A stretch of 64,000 bases of DNA, taken from NCBI GenBank assembly GCA_963675755.2, contig CAXXMD010000001.1, positions 192,001-256,000 on the forward strand. The letters run 5' to 3'. Positions 10,319 through 19,137 of this stretch are shown here, one piece after another. The notes below the pieces were generated by a model. The model worked only from the letters and a program-made list of their open reading frames with translations, had not been told where the DNA came from and searched no databases. The position numbers and the translations under genes are program-made. Source of the DNA: a bacterium. GTDB lineage: Bacteria; Zhuqueibacterota; Zhuqueibacteria; Residuimicrobiales; Krinioviventaceae. Every line of letters starts with the position of its first letter. Positions within the stretch are counted from its first letter, which is position 1.

Positions 10319-11353
10319 ATGGAAAAGAAATTTTTTGTATCAAGTTCCCCTCATGTATTTGACAAGGAATCCACATCCAAAATTATGTTTACTGTGAACC
10401 TGTCACTGGTTCCTGCCGGTATTGGTGCAGTTTACTTTTTTGGATTACGTGCATTGTGGATTATTTTAATTGGTATTGCTACTGCCGTAATAACTGAAGC
10501 ATTGATGAACAAGATGATGAAAAAGCCGCAAACCATTTCTGATGGTAGTGCAATTTTAACAGGTTTGTTGCTTGCTTATAATGTATCTGCTCAGGTCCCT
10601 TTGTGGATGCCGGCAGTGGGTTCCTTTTTTGCTATTGCGGTAGGAAAGATGGTTTTTGGCGGTCTGGGATTTAACCCCATGAACCCTGCACTACTGGGGC
10701 GTGCTTTTTTACTTGCATCATGGCCCACGCATATGACCATTTTTGACAAAGCAATTCCCAAAGGTGGCACGGTTTCAGGCATTGATATGATGACCCAGGC
10801 AACCCCGTTAAATGTTTTGAAACAATCCCGTCAGGTATTATTAAATGCCTCTGATTATCCTGTAGATAAATTTACCCAGGCGCATGATGCTATGAGCCAA
10901 TTGTCAGATTCAATAGGCAATTTATTTTTTGGACGAATTGGCGGCTGTTTGGGAGAAACTTCGGCAATTTTATTATTAATTGGCGCTGCAATATTGATGT
11001 ATAAACGTTACATCGGTTGGAAAATACCTTTCAGTTACATTGGTACAGTTGCCTTGTTGAGTTGGATTTTTGGCGGTACCGATGGTCTGTTTACAGGTAA
11101 CGCATTATTTCATGTTATGTCTGGTGGATTGATTCTTGGCGCCTTTTTTATGGCAACAGATATGGTGACCTCTCCGGTAACCTTTTGGGGGCGTATTTAC
11201 TTTGGAATTGGCTGTGGTGTGATTACGGTTTTAATTCGTCTTGTTGGCGGGTACCCCGAAGGTGTTTCTTATTCAATATTGTTAATGAACTTGATGACCC
11301 CACTGCTTGACCGCTGGACTCGACCCAAAGTTTTTGGAGGTGCAAAAGCATGA
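10319..11353 (+). CDS. rnfD: Rnf subunit D
   Basis: SSPH, FGGLGFNPMNPA, TQATPL (FMN-Thr), GCLGETS, FMATD, GGYPEG. Confidence 0.96.
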   Translation: MEKKFFVSSSPHVFDKESTSKIMFTVNLSLVPAGIGAVYFFGLRALWIILIGIATAVITEALMNKMMKKPQTISDGSAILTGLLLAYNVSAQVPLWMPAVGSFFAIAVGKMVFGGLGFNPMNPALLGRAFLLASWPTHMTIFDKAIPKGGTVSGIDMMTQATPLNVLKQSRQVLLNASDYPVDKFTQAHDAMSQLSDSIGNLFFGRIGGCLGETSAILLLIGAAILMYKRYIGWKIPFSYIGTVALLSWIFGGTDGLFTGNALFHVMSGGLILGAFFMATDMVTSPVTFWGRIYFGIGCGVITVLIRLVGGYPEGVSYSILLMNLMTPLLDRWTRPKVFGGAKA

Positions 11354-11922
11354 AGGATATATTAAAGTTGGGCGGAATTTTGATGCTTATAACTGCAATT
11401 TCCGCCACCAGTCTTGCAGCTATATATACGGTTACCAAACCTAGAATTGAATTAAAGAAAAAGCAGGAAATAGAGAATGCTTTATCTATAGCTATTCCTA
11501 CTGCAGATAAAAATGTTATTCTTCCTGTAACCAAAGATGAAGATATCATTTACTATAGAGGTTATACAACCCCAGATTCTTCTGAATTAGCCGGTTTCGC
11601 GTTTGTTGCTTATGGTCCTGGTTATTCCAGTACCATTGAAACCATGGTAGGTGTTGATGAGTCGGGCAAGATTATTGGGATGAAAGTATTGTCTCAAACA
11701 GAAACCCCGGGTTTGGGTACCAAGGTTGAAGAAGTGAAATATGGAGAATCAGATCCCTGGTTTACAACACAATTCCTTGGTAAAAATGCTTCTTCACTGG
11801 CTGTAGATAAAGACGGTGGTGAGATAAACAGCATTACCGGTGCAACAATCTCATCCCGTGCGTTAACCAATTCAGTGGTAAGCGGATACGACGAATTATT
11901 AAAAAAGATTCAGGCCAAATAG
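11350..11922 (+). CDS. rnfG: Rnf subunit G
   Basis: N-terminal TM helix, ETPGLG, ITGATISS FMN-binding motif. Confidence 0.95.
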   Translation: MKDILKLGGILMLITAISATSLAAIYTVTKPRIELKKKQEIENALSIAIPTADKNVILPVTKDEDIIYYRGYTTPDSSELAGFAFVAYGPGYSSTIETMVGVDESGKIIGMKVLSQTETPGLGTKVEEVKYGESDPWFTTQFLGKNASSLAVDKDGGEINSITGATISSRALTNSVVSGYDELLKKIQAK

Positions 11923-11950
11923 AATAAACAGGCGAGTAATAGAGGATTAT

Positions 11951-12544
11951 ATGTCAGCATTAAAATCATTAACTAACGGATTGTATACTGAAAATCCGGT
12001 TTTCAAGCAAGCTTTGGGACTTTGTCCCACGCTGGCAGTCAGCAATTCTGTAATGAACGGAATTGGTATGGGAGCTGCCGCTACATTTGTTTTGATTTGT
12101 TCAAATATGATTGTTTCCATGATCCGAAAGGGTGTACCTGCAAAAATTCGAATTCCCATTTATATTGTAGTTATTGCTACATTTGTTACCATGGTTGATT
12201 TAGCTATGGCAGGATTTTTACCTGATTTGCACAAATCTTTGGGTATATTTGTACCTCTTATTGTTGTGAATTGTATAATCCTGGGTCGTGCTGAAGCTTT
12301 TGCCAGCAAGAATAATATTGGTAAATCTATTCTGGATGGTATTGGTATGGGCGTAGGGTTTACATTAGCACTGGTACTTTTAGGTACCATTCGTGAATTG
12401 CTTGGCAATGGCAGTCTTTTGGGTATCCCTGTAATGAGCTCTTCATTTGAACCGGTATTGATTTTTATTTTACCTCCGGGAGCTTTTTTGACTATTGGTT
12501 TTGTAATGGGATTTTTTAACTGGCTTGAAGGCCGCAAGGCATAA
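11951..12544 (+). CDS. rnfE: Rnf subunit E
   Basis: ENP..LGLCPTLAVS, PLIVVNCIILGRAEAFA, PPGAF. Confidence 0.95.
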   Translation: MSALKSLTNGLYTENPVFKQALGLCPTLAVSNSVMNGIGMGAAATFVLICSNMIVSMIRKGVPAKIRIPIYIVVIATFVTMVDLAMAGFLPDLHKSLGIFVPLIVVNCIILGRAEAFASKNNIGKSILDGIGMGVGFTLALVLLGTIRELLGNGSLLGIPVMSSSFEPVLIFILPPGAFLTIGFVMGFFNWLEGRKA

Positions 12545-12553
12545 GAGGGTATT

Positions 12554-13183
12554 ATGGAACTCAGAATGTTATTTGTAATTGTTATTAGTGCAATATTTAT
12601 TAACAATTTTATCTTTTCAAGATTTTTAGGGATTTGTCCTTATATTGGTGTTTCAAAGCAGTTAGATTCTGCGGTAGGTATGGGCGCTGCTGTAACCTTT
12701 GTTATGTCTTTGGCATCTATGGTAACCTGGCTTATTTTTCGTTATATGCTTGCACCGGTTGAAACCAATGTATTTTATCACATATTTTCAATGGAGCAGC
12801 CACCGGATTTGACTTTTCTCAGAACCATTGCTTTTATCCTTGTAATTGCATCCCTGGTACAGTTTGTTGAAATGGTAATACAAAAAACCAGTCCTGCGTT
12901 GTATAAATCTTTGGGTATATTCTTGCCCTTAATTACCACCAATTGTGCTATTCTGGGTGTTGCTCTGTTGAATATTGACGAGAATTTTGGGTTTATAGAA
13001 AGTGTTGTACATGGTATTGCAGCAGGTGTTGGTTTTACATTAGCATTGGTATTAATGGCAGGTATTCGGGAAAAACTTGAACTGGCAGATATTCCCAAAC
13101 CGTTGCAGGGAATTCCAATTGCGTTTATAGTTGCGGGCTTGATGGCTATTGCATTTTTAGGGTTCTCTGGTCTGAAATTATAA
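12554..13183 (+). CDS. rnfA: Rnf subunit A
   Basis: [33 protein letters not shown]. Confidence 0.95.
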   Translation: MELRMLFVIVISAIFINNFIFSRFLGICPYIGVSKQLDSAVGMGAAVTFVMSLASMVTWLIFRYMLAPVETNVFYHIFSMEQPPDLTFLRTIAFILVIASLVQFVEMVIQKTSPALYKSLGIFLPLITTNCAILGVALLNIDENFGFIESVVHGIAAGVGFTLALVLMAGIREKLELADIPKPLQGIPIAFIVAGLMAIAFLGFSGLKL

Positions 13184-13202
13184 TTTTGTATATTTTAAAA
13201 AC

Positions 13203-13231
13203 TTGATTTTGTAAACATTTTTCTCTAAGTT
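13203..13231 (+). promoter_or_regulatory. Putative sigma70 promoter for tatC
   Basis: TTGATT-17 nt-TAAGTT; abuts the rnf terminator hairpin. Confidence 0.5.
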
Positions 13232-13264
13232 AGCCTCTTGCGTTTTCAAGAGGCTTGTTTTTTA
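13232..13264 (+). terminator. Intrinsic terminator after rnfA
   Basis: AGCCTCTTG-cgtttt-CAAGAGGCT followed by a T-rich tail. Confidence 0.75.
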
Positions 13265-13286
13265 TTTACTAAAAGCGAAACAAAAG

Positions 13287-14411
13287 ATGACAGACGAAAA
13301 AAATAAAGACGAAAAAGATCCAAAAGAGCAGGAAAATACTGATAATCAGAATACTGAAGATCAGAACACCGAGAATCAGAATACTGAAAACAGCAGCGAA
13401 CCTGATTCTACTAAAAAAGAGAAAATCGATAATGACCGTGAGCAGGAAGCATTTCAAGAACCTGCCGGTTATGAAGATTATTACGATGCGGATGATATTG
13501 ATTATGATCCCATGACCGAATCATATACATCAAAAGCTGACCGACATCCCGATGAAGAACCCTTTGATGAAGAAGCTGATGAATCAAAGCAAGAGGGGGG
13601 AGACAAAAAGGACAACTCTGAACCTCCAACATCACATAATGATTATGACGATGACGATGACGACGACGATGATGACGACGATGAAGGTGAAGGAAAGATG
13701 CCTTTTTTAGATCATCTTGAAGAGTTACGTTGGACCATTTTACGTAGCTTGGTAGCTGTATTGGTTGGTGCAATTGTATGTTGGTTTTTCTCGGAACAAA
13801 TTATCACATTGTTGCGCAGACCTGGTCCTAAAGACATGGAGTTGATCTTTTTGTCACCCACTGAAGGTTTTATGACCTATATCAAAGTGGCAATATATGC
13901 AGGTATTGTTGTGGCATTTCCTTATGTTGCTTATCAATTCTGGCAATTTATAGTTCCAGGGTTGTTGGAAAAAGAAAAAAAATATGTACCACATATTGCA
14001 TTCTTTACAACCATGTGTTTCATGATTGGTGCTACCTTTGCGTATATGGTAATTATTCCTTTTGGTCTTCGTTTCCTTTTAGGGTTTGAAACCAGCTTTT
14101 TACAAGCCAACATCACAATTGGCAAGTATTTAGGTTTTGTAATTACTATTATTCTTGTTTTTGGTGCAGTATTTGAATTACCTGTATTGTCTTTCTTTTT
14201 AACCCATATTGGTATAATAACACCTGATTTTTTGAGCAAAAACAGAAGATATGGTATTGTAATTATTTTTATTATGGCCGCAGTTTTAACGCCACCCGAT
14301 ATTTTTACACAGTTAATGCTGGCTGGTCCCTTGATTCTTTTATATGAAATCAGCATTTGGGTTTCAAGGTCTGTATATAAAAAGAAAGTCAAAGCTGAAG
14401 AAGCAGATTGA
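13287..14411 (+). CDS. tatC: Twin-arginine translocase TatC with a long acidic N-terminal extension
   Basis: MPFLDHLEELR, FIVPGLLEKEKK, FGAVFELP, AAVLTPPD, LYEISI; about 137 extra N-terminal residues. Confidence 0.95.
   Translation: MTDEKNKDEKDPKEQENTDNQNTEDQNTENQNTENSSEPDSTKKEKIDNDREQEAFQEPAGYEDYYDADDIDYDPMTESYTSKADRHPDEEPFDEEADESKQEGGDKKDNSEPPTSHNDYDDDDDDDDDDDDEGEGKMPFLDHLEELRWTILRSLVAVLVGAIVCWFFSEQIITLLRRPGPKDMELIFLSPTEGFMTYIKVAIYAGIVVAFPYVAYQFWQFIVPGLLEKEKKYVPHIAFFTTMCFMIGATFAYMVIIPFGLRFLLGFETSFLQANITIGKYLGFVITIILVFGAVFELPVLSFFLTHIGIITPDFLSKNRRYGIVIIFIMAAVLTPPDIFTQLMLAGPLILLYEISIWVSRSVYKKKVKAEEAD
13335..13394 (+). repeat. 15-bp coding tandem repeat x4 (NTDNQ-NTEDQ-NTENQ-NTENS)
   Basis: aatactgataatcag/aatactgaagatcag/aacaccgagaatcag/aatactgaaaacagc. 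Confidence 0.8.
13647..13682 (+). repeat. GAY codon run encoding 12 consecutive Asp
   Basis: Mixed GAC/GAT codons in the tatC N-terminal extension. Confidence 0.85.
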
Positions 14412-14420
14412 TAGGTAAAA

Positions 14421-15236
14421 TTGAAGTATATTGATTTACACATTCATTCAACGCATTCTGATGGAATTATGACTCCTGATGAGATTGTCCAATTTGCTAA
14501 AAATATTGATCTTGAGGCAATTTCTATAACAGACCATGATTCAGTGGATGGAATTCAACCTGCACTTGATGCAGGGAAAAAATATGGTATAAAGGTAATA
14601 CCTGGGATTGAGATCAGTGCAAATCATTATGGTAAAGATTTACATATTCTAGGTTACTTTTTTGATTATAAAAATCCTGTAATTCAAGATTATGGCAAGC
14701 GTATCCGCCTGTATCGTGAAAATAGAGCCAGGAATATTTTAAAAAAACTCAAAACTTGTGGAATCGACATCCCATATGAATTGGTTGAAATGAAATCCAA
14801 TGGTGGTGTAATTGGTCGTCCGCATATTGCTGATATATTAATTGAAGAAGGTCATGCGTATTCCTTTAGAGAAGCTTTTGATAAATATTTAGGTGAAGCC
14901 GGCAAGGCCTTTGAGCCAAAAACCCTCGTAAATCCGCGGGAAGCTATTGACATGGTGCACCAGGCAGGAGGTATTGCCTGTATTGCGCATCCTGGTGTGG
15001 ATGTTCCGGATGAAATCATTATGCATTTAATCAAGATGGGATTGGATGGGATAGAGGTATTTCATCCCAAGCACATTGATGCAGAAATTAGGCACTTTGA
15101 GAATTTTGCAAAACATCACAATCTTGTAATTACTGGTGGTTCTGATTGTCATGGACCCAGAACTTTTGACGTAACAATTGGTGCGTACAAGGTTCCCGCT
15201 GTTTATCTCACAGAGATGGAAAAAGTTTTGGTTTGA
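14421..15236 (+). CDS. PHP-domain phosphoesterase (YciV/TrpH-like)
   Basis: DLHIHSTHSDG, ITDHD, GIEIS, GRPHIA, AHP, GGSDCHG. Confidence 0.9.
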   Translation: MKYIDLHIHSTHSDGIMTPDEIVQFAKNIDLEAISITDHDSVDGIQPALDAGKKYGIKVIPGIEISANHYGKDLHILGYFFDYKNPVIQDYGKRIRLYRENRARNILKKLKTCGIDIPYELVEMKSNGGVIGRPHIADILIEEGHAYSFREAFDKYLGEAGKAFEPKTLVNPREAIDMVHQAGGIACIAHPGVDVPDEIIMHLIKMGLDGIEVFHPKHIDAEIRHFENFAKHHNLVITGGSDCHGPRTFDVTIGAYKVPAVYLTEMEKVLV

Positions 15237-15297
15237 TTTTTAGTGAATGCCTTGAAAAGAGTTTGGGAATATTCATTAAAGTCCTTATGTTTAAGGT

Positions 15298-15396
15298 GAA
15301 AGTAGTAAGCAACACATGGAGGTCGTTTCGTAGCCTCCCTCCTGCAACGACCTCTGTTGAATGGCAAGCTTGAAAGAGCTTGCCATTCTTACTTTT
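15298..15396 (+). ncRNA. Candidate small RNA: hairpin with CCUCCCUCC loop plus intrinsic terminator
   Basis: Possible promoter TTGGGA(15263)-17-TATGTT(15286); stem GAGGTCGTT/AACGACCTC enclosing CCTCCCTCC; 12-bp terminator stem follows. Confidence 0.5.
15359..15396 (+). terminator. Intrinsic terminator
   Basis: GAATGGCAAGCT-tgaaag-AGCTTGCCATTC + TTACTTTT. Confidence 0.8.
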
Positions 15397-15437
15397 CCGC
15401 CTTTTCTAACTATCGAATTTTATATTTTGGAGTTATT

Positions 15438-16058
15438 GTGATTATAGAGAATGTTCCGGTCGGTCCTTTGGATGTGAACTGTTATATTGTAGGTTGTGAA
15501 ACAACCCGACAAGCTGCAATTATTGATCCTGGTGACGATGAAAGTAAAATACTTGAACGTTTAAAAGTTTTGGATCTGAATGCCACACATATCATTCTAA
15601 CTCATGGGCACGTAGATCATATTGCCGCTGTACCTGAAATTCAGCAAGCTACCAATGCTTTGATTCTGATGGGGCAGAATGATCGCTTGTTGGTTGAAAA
15701 TGCTGTTTTACAGGCGGAAATGTTTAGTCTAAGAGTGCCAGGGTTGTTTAATGTAGATCAGTATCTGGCGGATAATGATGAAATTGTTGTAGGATCATTT
15801 TCTTTCAAAGTCGTAACAACTCCGGGACATTCACCCGGTGGAATTTGTTTACTTTATGAAAGACATCTGTGGGCTGGAGATACTCTGTTTTTTAATTCAG
15901 TTGGCAGAACGGATCTCCCGGGGGGATCTATGAATGAACTATTACATTCTATAAAAAATAAATTATATTTACTTCATCCGGAAACCATTGTTTATCCTGG
16001 CCATGGAGATTATACAACCATTGGTCATGAGATGAAACACAACCCCTATATTTCTTGA
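15438..16058 (+). CDS. MBL-fold metallo-hydrolase (glyoxalase II/YcbL-like)
   Basis: THGHVDH, TPGHSPG, GDTLF, GRTDLPGG, PGHG; start moved to GTG 15438 after GGAG because the longer ORF start lies inside the terminator. Confidence 0.92.
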   Translation: MIIENVPVGPLDVNCYIVGCETTRQAAIIDPGDDESKILERLKVLDLNATHIILTHGHVDHIAAVPEIQQATNALILMGQNDRLLVENAVLQAEMFSLRVPGLFNVDQYLADNDEIVVGSFSFKVVTTPGHSPGGICLLYERHLWAGDTLFFNSVGRTDLPGGSMNELLHSIKNKLYLLHPETIVYPGHGDYTTIGHEMKHNPYIS

Positions 16059-16079
16059 AATAAATGCGGGAAAATTTCC

Positions 16080-16108
16080 TTGCAAATGAGGGTATAATTG
16101 GTTATACT
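16080..16108 (+). promoter_or_regulatory. Putative sigma70 promoter of the oxoacid oxidoreductase operon
   Basis: TTGCAA-17 nt-TATACT. Confidence 0.65.
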
Positions 16109-16151
16109 GGTTGGTAAAAATTTTTTGGTCTCACCAAACGCGAGGTGTGGT

Positions 16152-16400
16152 ATGGCAGAAGGCCTTAAGGAACCAATTGTTGTTATTCGTGAAGACGAAT
16201 GTAAGGGGTGCGGGCTATGCATCAGCATTTGCCCGGAAAATGTTCTAATTGAGCAACACAAGTTAAACCGAATGGGATACCACCCAGCCGGTTACACAGG
16301 GGAAGGCTGTATAGGATGCGGCTTTTGTTTTTACCAATGCCCGGAACCGGGTGCAATCACAGTCTACAAAAAAGGTTATGTGGAAGAGGAGGTTAGCTGA
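16152..16400 (+). CDS. 2x[4Fe-4S] ferredoxin, delta subunit of 2-oxoacid:ferredoxin oxidoreductase
   Basis: [12 protein letters not shown] and [14 protein letters not shown]; GAGGT SD before ATG 16152. Confidence 0.9.
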   Translation: MAEGLKEPIVVIREDECKGCGLCISICPENVLIEQHKLNRMGYHPAGYTGEGCIGCGFCFYQCPEPGAITVYKKGYVEEEVS

Positions 16401-17440
16401 TGGCAAAACAACTCATCAAGGGAAATGAAGCCATTGTAAAAGGAGCCATATTGGCAGGTTGCCGATACTATTTTGGTTATCCGATTACCCCAGCCTCCGA
16501 AATTGCAGAAGCAGCCGCGTACTATTTGCCTCTCGTCGGAGGCACTTTTTTGCAGGCAGAGAGTGAAGTCGCTTCTATCAACATGTTATATGGTGCAGCT
16601 TCCGGAGGTATTCGGGCAATGACAGCATCATCAAGTCCCGGTATCAGTTTGAAAATGGAAGGCCTGTCTTATTCTGCCGGTGCAGAGCTACCAATGGTTA
16701 TCATTGATGTTATGCGCGGTGGTCCGGGATTAGGTAACATTGCCCCAGCACAAGCAGACTATAACCAGATCATTAAAGGTGGGGGACACGGTGGTTACAA
16801 GGTTATTGCGCTTGCACCCAATTGCGCCCAGGAAATGAGCGATTTAACCATTCTGGCATTTGATCTAGCAGACAAGTACAGAATTCCTGCTGTAATTATG
16901 GCTGATGGATTTATTGGTCAGATGATGGAGCCCGTCGAGTTCCCTGAGCCTGTTAAAGAGATCCCTGAAAAAGACTGGGCAATACTAGCCAACAAAGATG
17001 ATGAGCACAAGCTCATAAGCTCCATTGACCTTGAAGCCGAGGCCCTTGAAGCGCACAATATTCATCTCAATAAAAAGTACCAGGAGATACAGGAAACAGA
17101 AGTCCGTTATGAAGATTACAAGGTTGATGATGCTGAACTTGTTTTAATTGGATACGGCGTAGTTTCCCGAGTGCTTCAAACTGTTGTGGATGAATTAAGA
17201 AATAAAAATGTAAAAATTGGAATGATGCGGCCAATCTCATTATGGCCTTTTCCGGAAAAACATATTTCTGAATTGGCAGAGCAGGGGAAGAAATTCCTTG
17301 TAGTAGAGCTGTCAAACGGACAGATGGTTGACGATGTTAAACTTGCAGTTAACGGGCGTCAACCTGTACACTTTTACAATCGTATGGGAGGAATTGTACC
17401 CTCTCCGGAAGAGATCATTGAATTTGTAGAGAAACTATGA
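16400..17440 (+). CDS. vorB: 2-oxoacid:ferredoxin oxidoreductase alpha subunit (VorB-type)
   Basis: [40 protein letters not shown]. Confidence 0.88.
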   Translation: MAKQLIKGNEAIVKGAILAGCRYYFGYPITPASEIAEAAAYYLPLVGGTFLQAESEVASINMLYGAASGGIRAMTASSSPGISLKMEGLSYSAGAELPMVIIDVMRGGPGLGNIAPAQADYNQIIKGGGHGGYKVIALAPNCAQEMSDLTILAFDLADKYRIPAVIMADGFIGQMMEPVEFPEPVKEIPEKDWAILANKDDEHKLISSIDLEAEALEAHNIHLNKKYQEIQETEVRYEDYKVDDAELVLIGYGVVSRVLQTVVDELRNKNVKIGMMRPISLWPFPEKHISELAEQGKKFLVVELSNGQMVDDVKLAVNGRQPVHFYNRMGGIVPSPEEIIEFVEKL

Positions 17441-17449
17441 GGCAGGAAA

Positions 17450-18871
17450 ATGGCCAAAGCATTAAGAAAATCTGACAGTTTTTATGAGAGTTATATACAC
17501 AAAAGTGGCAATCAGGATGTAACCCATTATTGTCCCGGCTGTGGACATGGCGTGCTGCATAAATTGATTGCTGAAGCGATTGACGATTTTGAGATTCGTG
17601 AACGTACAATTTTAATTAGCCCCGTTGGCTGTAGCGTGTTTGCATATTACTACTTTCGTGTTGGTAATATTCAGGCTGCACATGGACGCGCACCAGCTGT
17701 TGCTACTGGTATAAAACGTGTTCATCCCAATAGTGTTGTTATCAGCTACCAAGGTGATGGTGACCTGGCGGCAATTGGTGGTAATAATATTCTTCAAGCT
17801 GCAAACCGAGGCGAGAATATTACAGTATTCTTTGTTAATAATGCAATTTATGGAATGACCGGCGGGCAAATGGCACCAACAACCCTGATTGGTCAGAAAA
17901 CAACTACTACTCCCTATGGACGAAACAGCGACAATGAGGGTTTCCCAATTCGAGTTAGTGAATTAATTAATTCACTCCAAGCTCCCGTCTATATTGAGCG
18001 TGTAGCTTTGACAGATGCTAAAAATACATCCAAAGTTCGAAAAGCTGTAAGAAAAGCGCTTAAAAATCAGATCGAAAACAAGGGATTCTCCCTTGTTGAA
18101 GTATTATCCGCTTGCCCGTCAGGCTGGAAGATGACACCTACTCAGTCAAAAGAGTGGATTGAAGATCAAATGGTTAAGAATTTCCCTCTGGGTGTATTTA
18201 GAGACAAGAGTGATGAAATTGAAAAAACGGATATTAAAAAATCTGCTTATTCAATAGATAAAATTCAGGAAAAACTCAATATTCCAACAGATGAGAAGAT
18301 GATAGATACAAGTGTAACTGTTAGAAAAGAGTTTGTGAATCCTGGAATAAAAATGGCCGGATTTGGTGGCCAGGGAATTTTGATGCTGGGTGTAGGGCTT
18401 GCGCAAGCAGCAATGCAGGCTGGGCATCAGGTATCCTGGATACCTTCTTATGGTCCCGAGATGAGAGGTGGAACTGCAAATTGTCATGTGAAAATTTCAG
18501 AATCCCGAATAGGATCTCCGCTGGTATCAAAGCCAACAGTACTTGTGGCCATGAATTTACCTTCATTAGAAAAGTTTGAAGATAGTGTAGTTCCAAATGG
18601 ATTAATTATGTATGATACATCATTAATTAATCAGGAACCAGTACGCTCAGATGTTCAGGTATTGGGAATACCTGCAACACAAATCGCTGACGAATTGGGG
18701 AATACTCGAATAGCAAACATGGTTATTTTAGGTGCCTTGATCCAGTATACCGGATTATTATCAAAAGAAACGGTTTTTAATGCATTACCTCATGTCATCA
18801 AGCGGAAAAACCTCATTCCTCTTAATGAAAAAGCAATTGAAGCTGGCATCAAGTATGTAATTGAAAAATAG
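17450..18871 (+). CDS. 2-oxoacid:ferredoxin oxidoreductase fused beta-gamma subunit (VorA-type)
   Basis: HYCPGCGHG, PVGC, HGRAPA, YQGDGD...NN TPP motif, then gamma domain AGFGGQG, PSYGPEMRGGTA. Confidence 0.9.
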   Translation: MAKALRKSDSFYESYIHKSGNQDVTHYCPGCGHGVLHKLIAEAIDDFEIRERTILISPVGCSVFAYYYFRVGNIQAAHGRAPAVATGIKRVHPNSVVISYQGDGDLAAIGGNNILQAANRGENITVFFVNNAIYGMTGGQMAPTTLIGQKTTTTPYGRNSDNEGFPIRVSELINSLQAPVYIERVALTDAKNTSKVRKAVRKALKNQIENKGFSLVEVLSACPSGWKMTPTQSKEWIEDQMVKNFPLGVFRDKSDEIEKTDIKKSAYSIDKIQEKLNIPTDEKMIDTSVTVRKEFVNPGIKMAGFGGQGILMLGVGLAQAAMQAGHQVSWIPSYGPEMRGGTANCHVKISESRIGSPLVSKPTVLVAMNLPSLEKFEDSVVPNGLIMYDTSLINQEPVRSDVQVLGIPATQIADELGNTRIANMVILGALIQYTGLLSKETVFNALPHVIKRKNLIPLNEKAIEAGIKYVIEK

Positions 18872-18922
18872 CAATTTGCTTTTTTAATTTTTTTTGTTAA
18901 ATTAATAAAATTCTGTTAAAAT

Positions 18923-18949
18923 CCCCGTTTTGTAAAAAAACGGGGTTTT
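18923..18949 (+). terminator. Terminator-like hairpin after the oxidoreductase operon
   Basis: CCCCGTTTT-gtaaa-AAAACGGGG + TTTT. Confidence 0.6.
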
Positions 18950-18961
18950 ATATATAGTTTA

Positions 18962-19111
18962 ACAAGTTTGGGGTATACAGGTATACCTGAATTGTAGAGA
19001 TTTCCATCTCCTGTGATTGGTAGACTACGCTGTTAAAAAAAGATAGTATTGTTACATTTAATAACGATCAACTATCTTACCTGAAAGGTTGTAGCGAGTT
19101 GCCGAACACGG
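18962..19111 (+). promoter_or_regulatory. Structured RNA leader upstream of RNase E/G
   Basis: Two hairpins plus a three-way junction can be drawn by hand (see findings). Confidence 0.55.
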
Positions 19112-19137
19112 TCGGTAAATTATGAAATTGAGGTTGT

